NCBI GenBank assembly: GCA_902595715.1
Contig: CACJRI010000003.1
Span: 5,583-69,582, forward strand
Direction of reading: 5' to 3'
DNA from: an uncultured SAR86 cluster bacterium
GTDB lineage: Bacteria > Pseudomonadota > Gammaproteobacteria > Magnimaribacterales > AG-339-G14
Length of the DNA: 64,000 nucleotides
The translations under genes and the position numbers were made by a program. Each line of letters begins with the position of its first letter. Position 1 is the stretch's first letter. Below, in pieces: positions 8,834-19,807 of the stretch. The notes below the pieces were generated by a model. The model ran no database searches. It worked only from the letters and a program-made list of their open reading frames with translations, and was not told the origin of the DNA.

Positions 8834-9483
8834 ATAAAGTTTATTAAATCTTTTATTTGATTTATCTTCGAAGTTGGGTTTAAAAGAGAAGCGTCTTTTT
8901 TATCTATATAACCGTATAAGGCAAGTGCAGAGTCTATTCCAGAATTATTTGCTGCTTCTATATCTCGCCAATTATCTCCAATATAAATAGATTGCTCTTT
9001 TTTTGTAGTTGTTTTTGCTAAAGCAGCATTGAGACTTCTTGGATCAGGTTTTCTTTTACCATCTACGTCTTCAGGAGAAACTATTGCTTTGGCATTGTGC
9101 TGCCATTCAAATTTCTCACAAATGTCTTGAGAGAACTTTTTTGGTTTGTTTGTCACGATCATCCAGTCAATCTTATTTTTGGATAATTCATTTAGAAATT
9201 CATCGACGCCAGGAAAAGTTTCAGAAAGAAGATAGTTCTTATCATATTCATCTAGAAGATCATTTCTAAGTTCTACAAACTCAGAATGATTTTCATCAAT
9301 TATGAAGCTATCTTGAATCAACCTTCCTACGCCATCAGAGACTCTATTTCTAACAAATTCATAAGTAACTGATTGTCGATTATTTTTTTTTAATGTGGCA
9401 TTAAGGCAAGTTAAAAACTCTGGAGCTGTATCCAAAAGAGTGCCATCTAAATCAAATAGAAAACATTTATATTTTTTTTGCAT
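8830..9483 (-). CDS. HAD-superfamily phosphatase (phosphoglycolate phosphatase Gph / MupP-like)
   Basis: 217 aa. HAD motif I is FLFDLDGTLLDT, and motifs III/IV are KPDP...YIGDNWRDIEAANNSG. It lies immediately downstream of ubiG, as in Pseudomonas. Confidence 0.75.
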   Translation of the reverse strand: MQKKYKCFLFDLDGTLLDTAPEFLTCLNATLKKNNRQSVTYEFVRNRVSDGVGRLIQDSFIIDENHSEFVELRNDLLDEYDKNYLLSETFPGVDEFLNELSKNKIDWMIVTNKPKKFSQDICEKFEWQHNAKAIVSPEDVDGKRKPDPRSLNAALAKTTTKKEQSIYIGDNWRDIEAANNSGIDSALALYGYIDKKDASLLNPTSKINQIKDLINFI

Positions 9484-10159
9484 GAATCAGATAGTTAACA
9501 TCAACATTTTTTCCTAACCAGTAATTTTTAGTCAGAGGGTTGTAACTCATACCGGTTAATTCTTTGACAGTAAGGCCGTTATTTTCCATCATTTGTATGA
9601 GCTCAGATGGTTTGATAAATTTTTCATACTCATGTGTACCCTTGGGTAATAGATTCAAAATATATTCAGCACCGACAATCGCAAAAAGAAATGATTTAGG
9701 ATTTCTGTTAATTGTTGAAAAGAAAATATCTCCATTTTTCTTACAAAGATCAGAACATGTTTTTACTAGTTGATTAGGATCAGGAACATGTTCGATTGCT
9801 TCGAGACAAGTTACAACATCAAAATGTTCATTTTTTTCAGGAAGTAAATTTTCCGCTTCCCCCAAAATATAGTTGATTTCAATATTTTTCTTTTCTGCGT
9901 GATTTTTCGCTGTATGAATTGCAACATCCGATATATCAACTCCAGATACATTACCTCCTTTTGTAGAAAGGGCTTCTGCCAATAAACCACCCCCACATGC
10001 AACATCAAGAATTTGTTTATTTTTTATTTCAGTTCTATCAGAAATATAATTAGCTCGAAGAGGATTAATTTTGTGTAAAGGAGCAAATTTTCCAGATGGA
10101 TCCCACCATTCCTCAGCTATTTTATTAAATTTTTCTTTTTCTTTTGGGTCGATATTCAT
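9467..10159 (-). CDS. ubiG: ubiquinone biosynthesis O-methyltransferase
   Basis: 230 aa. FNKIAEEWWDPSGKFAPLHKINPLRANYI is the UbiG-specific N-terminus. The SAM motif is ILDVACGGGLLAEAL. Confidence 0.9.
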   Translation of the reverse strand: MNIDPKEKEKFNKIAEEWWDPSGKFAPLHKINPLRANYISDRTEIKNKQILDVACGGGLLAEALSTKGGNVSGVDISDVAIHTAKNHAEKKNIEINYILGEAENLLPEKNEHFDVVTCLEAIEHVPDPNQLVKTCSDLCKKNGDIFFSTINRNPKSFLFAIVGAEYILNLLPKGTHEYEKFIKPSELIQMMENNGLTVKELTGMSYNPLTKNYWLGKNVDVNYLIHAKKI

Positions 10160-10217
10160 TTGCCTATCATTATGTTAGATTTATACTGCTTTTCAAATTA
10201 AAGTCTAAGAATCTTAT

Positions 10218-11345
10218 ATGAATATTTTTTTCCCGAAAGAACCCGAATTGGAGACAAGAGTTTCTTTAACTTTGGAATCGGCTAAAAAATTCTTGGATAA
10301 AGGTTTAAGTATCTCAATAGAAAAATCTTTTGCCGAGCACCTCGGAAGTAGCGATAAAGATTTCAAAGATCTTGGAGTGAAAATACTAAACCGCGATGAA
10401 GGTTTTGCTTCAGCCGATATAATTTGCAGTGTTAGAAATCTTACTGAGGATGAGCTTGATAAAATAAATCAAAGTACCTTGCTAGTAAGTTTTCTTGACC
10501 CTTTTAATGAAAAATCTCTTGTTAAAAAAATAAAAGAAAAAAATATATCAGCTATCAGCATGGAACTCATACCTAGAATTACTAGAGCTCAAAAGATGGA
10601 TGCTTTAAGTTCTCAAGCAAATTTGGCTGGATACTCTGCAGTCATTATTGCCTCGCAAGAACTACAAAAAGCATTGCCAATGATGATGACTGCTGCAGGT
10701 ACAATCTCTCCTTCAAAAGTATTTGTCATTGGGGTTGGAGTCGCTGGACTTCAAGCAATCGCTACAGCAAAAAGATTAGGAGCAAAGGTTGAAGCTTTTG
10801 ACACCCGACCTGTTGTAGAGGAACAAGTTAAGTCTTTAGGAGCACGTTTTGTAAAAATAGATATTGGAGAAACCGGAGAGACTGAACAAGGCTACGCAAA
10901 AGAATTAACTCCAGAACAAATCGTAATGCAAAGAGAGGGGATGAAAAAAGTTTGCGCTTCTTCTGATGTTGTAATCACTACAGCGCAAGTCTTTGGAAGG
11001 CCAGCTCCTACACTTGTAACAAGCGAAATGGTTTCTGCAATGAGCCAAGGCTCAGTTATTGTAGATATGGCTGTGGGAACGGGGGGTAATGTTGAAGGAT
11101 CTGTTCCAAACGAAACCATTGATCTAAATGGAGTAAAAATAGTTGGCAATACTAATCTCCCTGGCGAACTTCCTTTCCATTCAAGCCAAGTTTATTCTTC
11201 AAATATATTCAATTTGATAGATGAGTTTTGGAATGAAGAAGAGAATCAATTAAATCTTGATGTCTCAGACGAAATTCTATCAATTTGTCTTGTTTCTCAT
11301 GAAAAAGAATACATAAACAAAACCATAAAGGAGATAATGAACTAA
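10218..11345 (+). CDS. pntAA: NAD(P) transhydrogenase alpha subunit part 1 (dI, NAD(H)-binding)
   Basis: 375 aa. It has alanine-dehydrogenase-like/PNT domains with a VIGVGVAGLQAIATAKRLGA Rossmann motif, and is followed by the small membrane part and the beta subunit. Confidence 0.9.
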   Translation: MNIFFPKEPELETRVSLTLESAKKFLDKGLSISIEKSFAEHLGSSDKDFKDLGVKILNRDEGFASADIICSVRNLTEDELDKINQSTLLVSFLDPFNEKSLVKKIKEKNISAISMELIPRITRAQKMDALSSQANLAGYSAVIIASQELQKALPMMMTAAGTISPSKVFVIGVGVAGLQAIATAKRLGAKVEAFDTRPVVEEQVKSLGARFVKIDIGETGETEQGYAKELTPEQIVMQREGMKKVCASSDVVITTAQVFGRPAPTLVTSEMVSAMSQGSVIVDMAVGTGGNVEGSVPNETIDLNGVKIVGNTNLPGELPFHSSQVYSSNIFNLIDEFWNEEENQLNLDVSDEILSICLVSHEKEYINKTIKEIMN

Positions 11346-11633
11346 ATGGAATCCCAAGCTTTATTAGTTTTGCTTTTGTTTGTTCTTGTGCTTTCAATAT
11401 TTTTGGGTTTTGAGCTGATAAATAAAGTGCCATCGACACTTCACACTCCTCTTATGTCAGGAGCAAACGCGATATCTGGAATTACTATTGTTGGAGCTCT
11501 CTTAGCTTCAGGAGGAGAAGGTACTTTTTCATCAATATTAGTTGGTACTTTTGCCGTTTTCTTTGCCTCCATAAATGTTGTTGGAGGTTATTTGGTCACA
11601 AACAGAATGTTAAAAATGTTTAAGAAAAAATGA
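11346..11633 (+). CDS. pntAB: NAD(P) transhydrogenase alpha subunit part 2 (membrane dII-a)
   Basis: 95 aa with three predicted TM helices, including HTPLMSGANAISGI. It lies between pntAA and pntB, giving the split three-gene arrangement. Confidence 0.88.
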   Translation: MESQALLVLLLFVLVLSIFLGFELINKVPSTLHTPLMSGANAISGITIVGALLASGGEGTFSSILVGTFAVFFASINVVGGYLVTNRMLKMFKKK

Positions 11634-13033
11634 TGGCTTTTTTTCAATCTTCAATTTTCGTAAATTTAGCCTACATTTTTGCTTCGATTTTATTTATTTT
11701 TGGTTTAAAAATGCTGAGCTCACCAGAGACCGCACAAAGAGGAAATCTTGTATCTGCTTCTGGGATGTTGATTGCAATCATAGTTACTCTTGTTCAAAAC
11801 GAAATTATTGCTTATGAATATTTATTAATTGCTCTAATTGGTGGGTTGATTGTAGGGGTCTTGGCTTCTTCTCTCGTCAAAATGACTTCCATGCCGGAAT
11901 TGGTTGCTTTGTTCAATGGTTTCGGAGGAATTGCAAGCTTACTAGTTGGTGTTGCTGAATTCATTAATCCATCCAGCTCGACTCTTATTCAGATTATCGC
12001 AATTTCATTTACTGTCTTAATAGGTGGAATAACGTTTTCAGGAAGTCTCGTAGCTTTTGGAAAGTTATCTGAAATTATTTCCGGCAAGCCTCTTGTACTA
12101 TTTGGACAGAGATTTGTTTTATCAGCTTTATTATTAGTTGCCTTGTTATTAGTGCTTGAATTAATCATATCAACAGGCATGTTGAATATTTCGTCTCAAA
12201 CTATTCTTTTTGTTCTAATTGGTGTGACTTTAATATTGGGCGTGCTTTTAACTGCACCTATCGGCGGAGCTGATATGCCAGTAGTGATTGCATTGCTGAA
12301 TAGTTATTCTGGCCTTGCAGCATCCTCAGCAGGTTTTGTGATTAATAATAATGTACTAATCGTTGCCGGTGCTTTGGTTGGAGCTAGTGGACTTATTCTT
12401 ACTAATATAATGTGCAAGGCAATGAATAGATCATTATCAAATGTTTTGTTTGGTGGTTTTGGGGCAGCTACTTCATCTTCTGGAGGAAGTGGACAAATTC
12501 AAGGAGAGGTTAAACCTATTACTGCAGAGGATGCCTATCTTATTTTAGAAGCTGCAAATTCTGTTTTAGTCGTTCCAGGTTATGGAATGGCAGTATCTCA
12601 GGCGCAACACGTTGTAAGAGAATTAGGAGAGCTACTTGAAGATAATGGTTGTGAAGTTAAGTACGCAATTCATCCTGTAGCTGGCAGAATGCCGGGACAT
12701 ATGAATGTTCTTCTTGCTGAGGCAAATGTTTCATATGACGTTTTGGCTGAGCCAGACGATGTTAACCCTTTAATGGATACCGTTGATGTTTGCATAGTTA
12801 TTGGAGCAAATGATGTAGTAAATCCGGACGCTAGAGAAAATGAAGGAAGTCCTATTTACGGAATGCCAGTCATTGAAGTTGACAGAGCAAGAACAGTATT
12901 TATCTTAAAAAGAAGTATGGCTGCAGGTTTTGCAGGCATAGATAACCCGCTTTTCCTCAAAGAAAATTCAAGAATGTTATTTGGAGATGCTAAAGAATCT
13001 ATTTCAACCTTGGTCTCTGAATTTAAGTCCTGA
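11630..13033 (+). CDS. pntB: NAD(P) transhydrogenase beta subunit
   Basis: 467 aa. A polytopic N-terminal half is followed by the dIII NADP(H) domain (VPGYGMAVSQAQH...YAIHPVAGRMPGHMNVLLAEA...VIGANDVVNP). Confidence 0.92.
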   Translation: MMAFFQSSIFVNLAYIFASILFIFGLKMLSSPETAQRGNLVSASGMLIAIIVTLVQNEIIAYEYLLIALIGGLIVGVLASSLVKMTSMPELVALFNGFGGIASLLVGVAEFINPSSSTLIQIIAISFTVLIGGITFSGSLVAFGKLSEIISGKPLVLFGQRFVLSALLLVALLLVLELIISTGMLNISSQTILFVLIGVTLILGVLLTAPIGGADMPVVIALLNSYSGLAASSAGFVINNNVLIVAGALVGASGLILTNIMCKAMNRSLSNVLFGGFGAATSSSGGSGQIQGEVKPITAEDAYLILEAANSVLVVPGYGMAVSQAQHVVRELGELLEDNGCEVKYAIHPVAGRMPGHMNVLLAEANVSYDVLAEPDDVNPLMDTVDVCIVIGANDVVNPDARENEGSPIYGMPVIEVDRARTVFILKRSMAAGFAGIDNPLFLKENSRMLFGDAKESISTLVSEFKS

Positions 13034-13140
13034 AGCCCCATTTTTAGAAGCTAAAACACCTATAAAATGTTAAAATAATCTCATTAAATGAGTCGCTATT
13101 TTTACTATAAATTTCATTAGTTTTTCATTAATTTTTCTCT

Positions 13141-15663
13141 ATGGACGACATAACAGAAGATGTAATTCCCGTTAATATTACGGATGAATTAAAGAGTTCT
13201 TATATGGATTATGCAATGAGCGTAATCGTTGGGAGAGCTTTGCCAGATGCCAGAGATGGCTTAAAACCAGTTCACAGAAGAACTCTTTATGCCATGTTCA
13301 AACTGAATAACGAATGGAATAGACCGCATTTGAAATCAGCAAGAATTGTTGGCGAGGTGATGGGAAAATATCATCCTCATGGAGATTCAGCAATCTATCA
13401 GACGGTTGTTAGAATGGCTCAGGAATTTAGTCTGCGTTATCCCCTAGTTGATGGCCAAGGGAATTTCGGTTCGATGGATGGCGATGGCGCAGCAGCCATG
13501 AGATACACCGAAGCAAGGATGGCAAAAATTAGTAATGCTCTTCTCAATGATATCAATAAAGAAACTGTAGATTATGTTGAAAATTACGATGGCACTGAAC
13601 TAATTCCTGAAGTACTTCCAGCTTCATATCCCAATTTGTTGGTTAACGGATCTTCTGGAATAGCTGTAGGACTGGCTACCAATATTCTTCCTCATAATCT
13701 AAGCGAGACAATTGACGGCGCTCTAGCAATTTTAAAAAATCCAGAAATATCCATTGATGAATTAGTAACAATAATCCCAGGACCTGATTTTCCAACAGGA
13801 GGAATAATTAATGGAAAGGCTGGTGCTATTGAGGCTGCTAAAACTGGGAGAGGCAAAGTAGTTCTTAGAGCTAAAGTAGAAATTGAAAATGAGAAAAATG
13901 AAAAAAGTAGATTAATCATTTCTGAAATTCCTTATCAAGTAAATAAAGCCAATCTGGTAGAAAAGATTGCAGACCTTTCAAAAGATAAAAAAATTGACGG
14001 CATTTCAGAAATTCGAGATGAATCAGACAGAGAAGGGGTAAGAATAGTAATAGATCTCAAAGCAGGTCAAAACCCTGAAGTGATACTTAATAATCTTTAC
14101 GCTCAATCGCAATTGGAAACCTCTTTTGGTATAAACAACGTCGCTATTGTTGATAGAGTTCCAAAAGTTTTAAACTTAAAGGAACTTCTTGAAATATTTT
14201 TAAGCCATAGAAGATCTGTTGTTTCTAGAAGAACAGCTTTTGATTTAGCAAAGTCAAAAGATAGGGGTCACATTTTAGAAGGCCTGACAATTGCCCTTTC
14301 AAACATTGACCCAATAATTGAATTAATAAAAAAATCTAAAGATCCAAATGAGGCTAAAAGCAAGCTATTGGCTAAAAAATGGAAATCTACTTTGATAAAC
14401 AATTTATTGAAAAAAGCAGGCTCTATTGATACTCGGCCTGATGATATTTTTGAAGAATTTGGTCTTTCAGGTTCCAGCTATAAACTTTCCTCTAAACAAG
14501 CTCAAGCAATTTTAGATTTAAGACTTCAGAGGCTTACTGGCTTAGAGCAAGACAATTTAATAAACGAGTATGAAGAGGTTCTTCAGGATATAGCTGCTTT
14601 GAATGAAATATTAGAAAATCCCGAAAGGCTGCAAGAAGTTATTGAAGAAGAACTATTATCCGTTAAAGACGAATTTGGCGATGAAAGAAAAACTCCCATC
14701 GAAGATAAATTAGATCTATCGACTGAAGATTTAATTAAGCCTGAAGATATGGTTGTTACCATTTCGAATATGGGCTATGCAAAAACTCAACCTCTTGAGG
14801 TATATCAATCTCAAAGAAGAGGAGGAATGGGCAAAACCGCTGCATCAGTTAAAGACGAAGATTTTGTCGAACAATTGATAGTAGCTAATACTCATAGAAC
14901 CCTTTTATGTTTTTCAAATCTAGGAAAGGTTTATTGGCTTAAAGTTTACGAAATTCCTCAAGCTTCAAGAACCGCAAAAGGAAGACCTCTTATAAATTTA
15001 ATTGATTTAGATGAATCAGAGAGAGTAACTAGCCTCTTAGATGTTGAGTCTTTTGAGGGTGAGGCCTATGTATTCATGGCAACACAAAATGGGATAGTTA
15101 AAAAAACCCCCCTGTCAGAATTTAAGAAGCCAAGAAAAAATGGTAAGCGAGCAATAAAACTCGACGATAATGATGAGCTTGTCGGAACTCTATTAACTGA
15201 TGGCAGTGCTGATTTAATGGTAGTTTCTAATGCTGGAAAAGCAGTTTTTTTCAATGAGGTAGATGCTAGATCCATGGGCAGAGACACTCGGGGAGTGAAA
15301 GGAATTTCCTTAGGCGGAGATCAAAAAGTTATTTCTTTACTAAAACCCTCTAAAGAATCGGAGATATTAACTGTTTCAGAAAATGGGTATGGAAAAAGAT
15401 CAAAAGTTAACGATTTTAGAAAAACCAAAAGAGGTGCTAAAGGCGTTATAGCCATGCAGACTTCTGATAGGAATGGAGAACTAATTTCTGCTAAAGAAGT
15501 TAGCGAAATGGATGAAGTAATTCTTATTACCAACAAAGGAATGCTTGTAAGAACCAAAGTATCAGAAATTAGTTTGATTGGAAGGAATACTCAGGGAGTA
15601 AGAGTGATCAAACTAAAAGAAGATGAGGCTCTCAACGGACTTGCATTAGCTATCGATTCGTAA
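13141..15663 (+). CDS. gyrA: DNA gyrase subunit A
   Basis: 840 aa. [16 protein letters not shown], the [21 protein letters not shown] and the active-site [10 protein letters not shown] are present, followed by C-terminal beta-pinwheel repeats. Confidence 0.97.
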   Translation: MDDITEDVIPVNITDELKSSYMDYAMSVIVGRALPDARDGLKPVHRRTLYAMFKLNNEWNRPHLKSARIVGEVMGKYHPHGDSAIYQTVVRMAQEFSLRYPLVDGQGNFGSMDGDGAAAMRYTEARMAKISNALLNDINKETVDYVENYDGTELIPEVLPASYPNLLVNGSSGIAVGLATNILPHNLSETIDGALAILKNPEISIDELVTIIPGPDFPTGGIINGKAGAIEAAKTGRGKVVLRAKVEIENEKNEKSRLIISEIPYQVNKANLVEKIADLSKDKKIDGISEIRDESDREGVRIVIDLKAGQNPEVILNNLYAQSQLETSFGINNVAIVDRVPKVLNLKELLEIFLSHRRSVVSRRTAFDLAKSKDRGHILEGLTIALSNIDPIIELIKKSKDPNEAKSKLLAKKWKSTLINNLLKKAGSIDTRPDDIFEEFGLSGSSYKLSSKQAQAILDLRLQRLTGLEQDNLINEYEEVLQDIAALNEILENPERLQEVIEEELLSVKDEFGDERKTPIEDKLDLSTEDLIKPEDMVVTISNMGYAKTQPLEVYQSQRRGGMGKTAASVKDEDFVEQLIVANTHRTLLCFSNLGKVYWLKVYEIPQASRTAKGRPLINLIDLDESERVTSLLDVESFEGEAYVFMATQNGIVKKTPLSEFKKPRKNGKRAIKLDDNDELVGTLLTDGSADLMVVSNAGKAVFFNEVDARSMGRDTRGVKGISLGGDQKVISLLKPSKESEILTVSENGYGKRSKVNDFRKTKRGAKGVIAMQTSDRNGELISAKEVSEMDEVILITNKGMLVRTKVSEISLIGRNTQGVRVIKLKEDEALNGLALAIDS

Positions 15664-15674
15664 ATAATTTAACT

Positions 15675-16757
15675 ATGTCTAGAAATTACAATTTTTGTGC
15701 GGGACCCGCAGCACTTCCAAATGAAGTTTTGGATCAATTAAATGCAGAAATACCTGATTGGCAGGGAAAAGGCTTATCTGTTATGGAAATGAGTCATAGA
15801 AGCAAGGAATTTGTAGATATAGCTGAAACTGCAAAACAGGATTTCATTGACCTCTTGGAAATAAATGATGACTACGATGTTCTTTTTATTCAAGGAGGTG
15901 CTTCGTTGCAATTTTCAATGATTCCAATGAATCTATTAGATAATAATCAGGCTCTATGCAGTTATCTTGATGTTGGTCAGTGGTCTAAGAAAGCTATCAA
16001 GGAAGCAAAAAAATTTGGACAGGTAGAAATTTCTGCATCGTCAGCAGATGTATCCTATAAAAAATATCCAAAGCCTAATACCTGGAAAATCGATCCTGAG
16101 TCTGTTTTCACCCATCTCGTATTGAACGAAACAATCGATGGTGTTTGTCTAAGAAACTTAGATCATCTTCCTAAGAGAAGCCTCATTGCAGACTGCTCAT
16201 CATGCATTCTTTCTGAACCTCTTGATGTTTCAAAATTCAGTATGTTGTATGCGGGAGCTCAAAAAAATATTGGCCCTTCTGGATTAGCCATCATTGTCAT
16301 AAAAAAAGATCTCTTAAAGGAAAAAGATAATCTTCCCGCTATGATGCAATATAAGACTTATGCTGATTCAGACTCAATGTATAACACGCCACCTACATTT
16401 GCATGGTACTTATCAGGTATGGTTTTTAAATGGTTAAAAAAGAATGGGGGTCTTATGAACCAAAAGGTTATTAATGAGTCAAAAGCTAAAAAACTTTACT
16501 CTTATATTGACCAAAGCGATTTTTATAAAAATGATGTAGATAAAGAATCTAGATCCATTATGAATGTCCCGTTTCTATTGAAAGAAGACTCTTTAAATAA
16601 GAAGTTTTTAGAAGAGTCTGAAGAAAGCGGATTATTAAATCTTGCTGGTCACAGATCTGTAGGAGGGATGAGGGCAAGTATTTACAATGGAGTTCCAGAA
16701 GACGGGGTAGATGCTTTGATAGATTTTATGAAAGAATTTGAAAAAAATAATGGCTGA
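15675..16757 (+). CDS. serC: phosphoserine aminotransferase
   Basis: 360 aa. Has NFCAGPAALP, MEMSHRSKEF and YAGAQKNIGPSGL (PLP lysine region). Confidence 0.93.
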   Translation: MSRNYNFCAGPAALPNEVLDQLNAEIPDWQGKGLSVMEMSHRSKEFVDIAETAKQDFIDLLEINDDYDVLFIQGGASLQFSMIPMNLLDNNQALCSYLDVGQWSKKAIKEAKKFGQVEISASSADVSYKKYPKPNTWKIDPESVFTHLVLNETIDGVCLRNLDHLPKRSLIADCSSCILSEPLDVSKFSMLYAGAQKNIGPSGLAIIVIKKDLLKEKDNLPAMMQYKTYADSDSMYNTPPTFAWYLSGMVFKWLKKNGGLMNQKVINESKAKKLYSYIDQSDFYKNDVDKESRSIMNVPFLLKEDSLNKKFLEESEESGLLNLAGHRSVGGMRASIYNGVPEDGVDALIDFMKEFEKNNG

Positions 16758-17838
16758 AAAAAATCTACCAAAAAATTTAACTGACAATAGAAGAGAAATT
16801 GATCAAATCGATCAAAAACTTCTCAATCTTATTCATGAAAGATCTAAGCTTGTTATAAATGCTGGAAAAATAAAAAAGAAATCAGGCGAGAAGACATTTT
16901 ATAGACCGGACAGAGAAGCAAGTTTAATTAAGACTTTACTGAAGAAAAATAAAAGCTCTATTCCCTCAGAAAATATTAAATTTATTTTTAAAGAAATTAT
17001 CTCTGCATGTTTCACTCTTGAAAAAAAAATAAGAGTTTATTACTTGGGCCCTAAAGGAACTTTCTCCGAAATTGCAACAACAACACATTTTGGAAGTTCT
17101 GTTGAAAAGATAGAAACAGAAAATATCCGAGATATTTTTAAAGAAGTAGCTAAGGACAAAAATTCATACGGGATGTTGCCTTTTGAAAATTCAATAGAAG
17201 GAATGGTTAATCAATCTTTAGATTATCTTATTGAAAGTAATTTAAAAATTTGCTCAGAATTGGAATTACCTGTCGAACATTGTCTGATTTCATCTGAAAA
17301 AAATATAAAAAATCTTAATACCATATATGGGCATCCCCAAGCTTTTGCCCAATGCCGTAATTGGCTGAGTAAAAATCTTCCCAGAGTAAAAATATTGGAA
17401 GTCGAGAGCTCTGCAAAAGCAGCTCAATTGATTAAGAATAAATCTGGAAAAGGCTCTATAGGACCAAAAAAAATTTCTGAGATTTATTCTTTAAATTTAT
17501 TGAAAGAAAAAATTCAAGATCAAATAACTAACACAACTAGATTCTTAGTAATTGGACATGAATTTCCGGGAAAAACATCTGATGATAAAACTTCAATAAG
17601 CTTAAATTTAAAGAATGAACAAGGAGCTTTATTAAAAGTTTTGCAGATAGTAAATAAGAATAAAATTAATCTTACAAATATCTTATCCAGACCAGTTAAG
17701 AAAAATAAGTGGCAATATTCTTTCTTTTTAGAATTCTCTGGGCATGCTTCAGATAAAAATGTTTTAAAATTATTTAAAGAACTTCAAAAGGTTGGTTATG
17801 ACTTTAAAGTCTTAGGTTCCTATCCAGCAGCATACTGA
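16738..17838 (+). CDS. pheA: bifunctional chorismate mutase / prephenate dehydratase (P-protein)
   Basis: The chorismate mutase part has REIDQIDQKLLNLIHERSKL. The prephenate dehydratase part has YYLGPKGTFSE...TRFLVIG. A C-terminal ACT domain follows. The start may be the ATG at 16750 (ATGGCTGA overlap with the serC stop) rather than 16738. Confidence 0.9.
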   Translation: MKKIMAEKNLPKNLTDNRREIDQIDQKLLNLIHERSKLVINAGKIKKKSGEKTFYRPDREASLIKTLLKKNKSSIPSENIKFIFKEIISACFTLEKKIRVYYLGPKGTFSEIATTTHFGSSVEKIETENIRDIFKEVAKDKNSYGMLPFENSIEGMVNQSLDYLIESNLKICSELELPVEHCLISSEKNIKNLNTIYGHPQAFAQCRNWLSKNLPRVKILEVESSAKAAQLIKNKSGKGSIGPKKISEIYSLNLLKEKIQDQITNTTRFLVIGHEFPGKTSDDKTSISLNLKNEQGALLKVLQIVNKNKINLTNILSRPVKKNKWQYSFFLEFSGHASDKNVLKLFKELQKVGYDFKVLGSYPAAY

Positions 17839-17841
17839 TCT

Positions 17842-18969
17842 GTGAAAAATTCATTTTTAGAAAATCTCAACCAAGGTGTTCTTGGGCTTAAGCCCTATGA
17901 ACCAGGATTGCCGCTAGAACATACCCAGAAAAAATTAGGTCTGAAAAAAATGATAAAACTAGCAAGTAATGAAAATCCTTTGGGACCAAGCCCAAAGGCT
18001 TTAGATATGCTTCAAGGAAAAATGAATAGTTTTTCATCCGAATTAAACAGATATCCTGATGGAAACGCTTATGATTTAAAGGATGCAATATCAAAAAAAT
18101 ATAATGTAGATATGGACCAAATAACAATAGGCAATGGCTCTAATGATTTAATTGAGTTTGTTTCCAGATGTTTTTTAGGAGAAGGCAAAAAAGCAATTTA
18201 TTCTCAACATGGTTTTGCCATTTACCCATTAGCTATAAAAGCAACTGGGGCTGTTCCAGTAAAATCAAAAGCAAAAAATTGGGGTCACGATTTAGAATTA
18301 ATGTCTGATCTAATAGATGACAAAACAAAAGTTGTTTTTATTGCCTCACCAAATAATCCAACTGGAACGGCAAAAACTCTTCTAGAGATAAAAGATTTTT
18401 TGACAAACTTACCTGAAGATATCCTAGTCTTTTTAGATCAAGCTTATTTTGAATACATAGAAGGTTCAGAGTTTGATATTCCTTTTTCATTAATTGATGA
18501 TCATCCCAATTTAGTCATTTCACGAAGTTTTTCTAAAGCTCATGGATTGGCAGCATTAAGATTAGGTTTTTGCGTTTCAAATCCTGAGTTATCTGACTAT
18601 CTTAATAGAGTCAGACAGCCCTTTAACGCAAACTCTCTAGCCTTAGATATGGGAAAAGTAGCTCTTTCTGATCAAGAACATATCAGTAAATCTATAAAAA
18701 TTAATTCTTCCGGTATGGATAGAGTAAAAAAAGCTTTCACTAATCTTGACTATAACTTTATTGAATCCTGGGGAAATTTTATTTCTTTTGATGCCAAGCA
18801 GGACTCTGATATTGCTTTTCAATATTTTTTAGAGAAGGGTGTTATCCTCAGATCGTTAAAAGTATATGAAATGCCTCAACATTTGAGAGTCTCCATCGGC
18901 ACTGAAGAGGAGATGGATTTTTTTCTCCAAGTATTAGAGGACTATGAAAAAGACCTTTCTAAAAAATAA
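17842..18969 (+). CDS. hisC: histidinol-phosphate / aromatic aminotransferase
   Basis: GTG start. Has LASNENPLGPSP and SRSFSKAHGLAALRLGF (PLP lysine). Its position between pheA and tyrA matches Pseudomonas hisC2. Confidence 0.88.
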   Translation: MKNSFLENLNQGVLGLKPYEPGLPLEHTQKKLGLKKMIKLASNENPLGPSPKALDMLQGKMNSFSSELNRYPDGNAYDLKDAISKKYNVDMDQITIGNGSNDLIEFVSRCFLGEGKKAIYSQHGFAIYPLAIKATGAVPVKSKAKNWGHDLELMSDLIDDKTKVVFIASPNNPTGTAKTLLEIKDFLTNLPEDILVFLDQAYFEYIEGSEFDIPFSLIDDHPNLVISRSFSKAHGLAALRLGFCVSNPELSDYLNRVRQPFNANSLALDMGKVALSDQEHISKSIKINSSGMDRVKKAFTNLDYNFIESWGNFISFDAKQDSDIAFQYFLEKGVILRSLKVYEMPQHLRVSIGTEEEMDFFLQVLEDYEKDLSKK

Positions 18970-19807
18970 AAAAAACATCCAGTTTTTAATTATCGGTCTT
19001 GGTTTAATTGGGGGCTCAGTAGCAAAAAGGCTTTCAAAAAACGGTTTTGAAGTTTTGGCTATCGATAAAAATAAGTCTTACTTAAATAATGCAAAAAAAT
19101 CAAAAACTATAATTGGCAGCCTAGAAAAAATAGAGAGCTCAAAGAAACTTCTTCTAGTTGTTGCACTTCCTCCTAAAGTTATTCTTAATAGATTTGATGA
19201 ATATCTAGATTATTTTTATGAAGCTGAATTTATTACCGACTGCACTAGTGTAAAAGAGTCTTTGCTAAATAAAATTAGGACAAAAAAGCTTGAATCAAAA
19301 TTTATTTTATCTCACCCTATTGCAGGATCTGAAAAAAGTGGTTTTTTTAATTCTAAAGAGGACTTATTTCAAGATAAAATATCAATAATTTCTAAACACA
19401 AGGGTTTGTCCAATTCTACCTTGCAAATATGCAAAGAATTTTGGTCTGAGTTAGGCTCTAAAACTCATTATTTAGATCCGAAATTACATGACAAGGTATT
19501 TTCTTTAACAAGCCATGTTCCACATATTGTAGCCTTTAGCTTGATTTCTCTTTTCTCAAAAAGAAAAATATCAGAATATAAAAAATTTATCGGTGGAGGC
19601 TTAAAAGATTTTACAAGAATTGCAGAAAGCGACCCCTTAATGTGGGAAAATATTTTTTCTTTAAATAAAAAAAATTTATTGAAAGATATAAGTGAATTTG
19701 AGAAAGAGATTAAAAAAATCAAGGAATTTATTCTACAAGGTAATGAAAAAAAGCTAGAAGAGCATTTAAAAAAAATCAGAAAGACTAAAGAATCTTTGAA
19801 TAGATGA
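18944..19807 (+). CDS. tyrA: prephenate/arogenate dehydrogenase
   Basis: 287 aa. The Rossmann motif is LIIGLGLIGGSVAKRL, and the catalytic region is SHPIAGSEKSG. It is a separate gene that overlaps aroA by 4 nt (ATGA). Confidence 0.85.
   Translation: MKKTFLKNKKNIQFLIIGLGLIGGSVAKRLSKNGFEVLAIDKNKSYLNNAKKSKTIIGSLEKIESSKKLLLVVALPPKVILNRFDEYLDYFYEAEFITDCTSVKESLLNKIRTKKLESKFILSHPIAGSEKSGFFNSKEDLFQDKISIISKHKGLSNSTLQICKEFWSELGSKTHYLDPKLHDKVFSLTSHVPHIVAFSLISLFSKRKISEYKKFIGGGLKDFTRIAESDPLMWENIFSLNKKNLLKDISEFEKEIKKIKEFILQGNEKKLEEHLKKIRKTKESLNR

Noticed and set aside
13080-13092. The short inverted repeat CTCATTAAATGAG in the pntB-gyrA spacer.
   Set aside because: The stem is 5-6 bp with a 1-3 nt loop, which is too weak for a terminator. 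There is no second copy in the window to suggest a repeated element or binding-site family.
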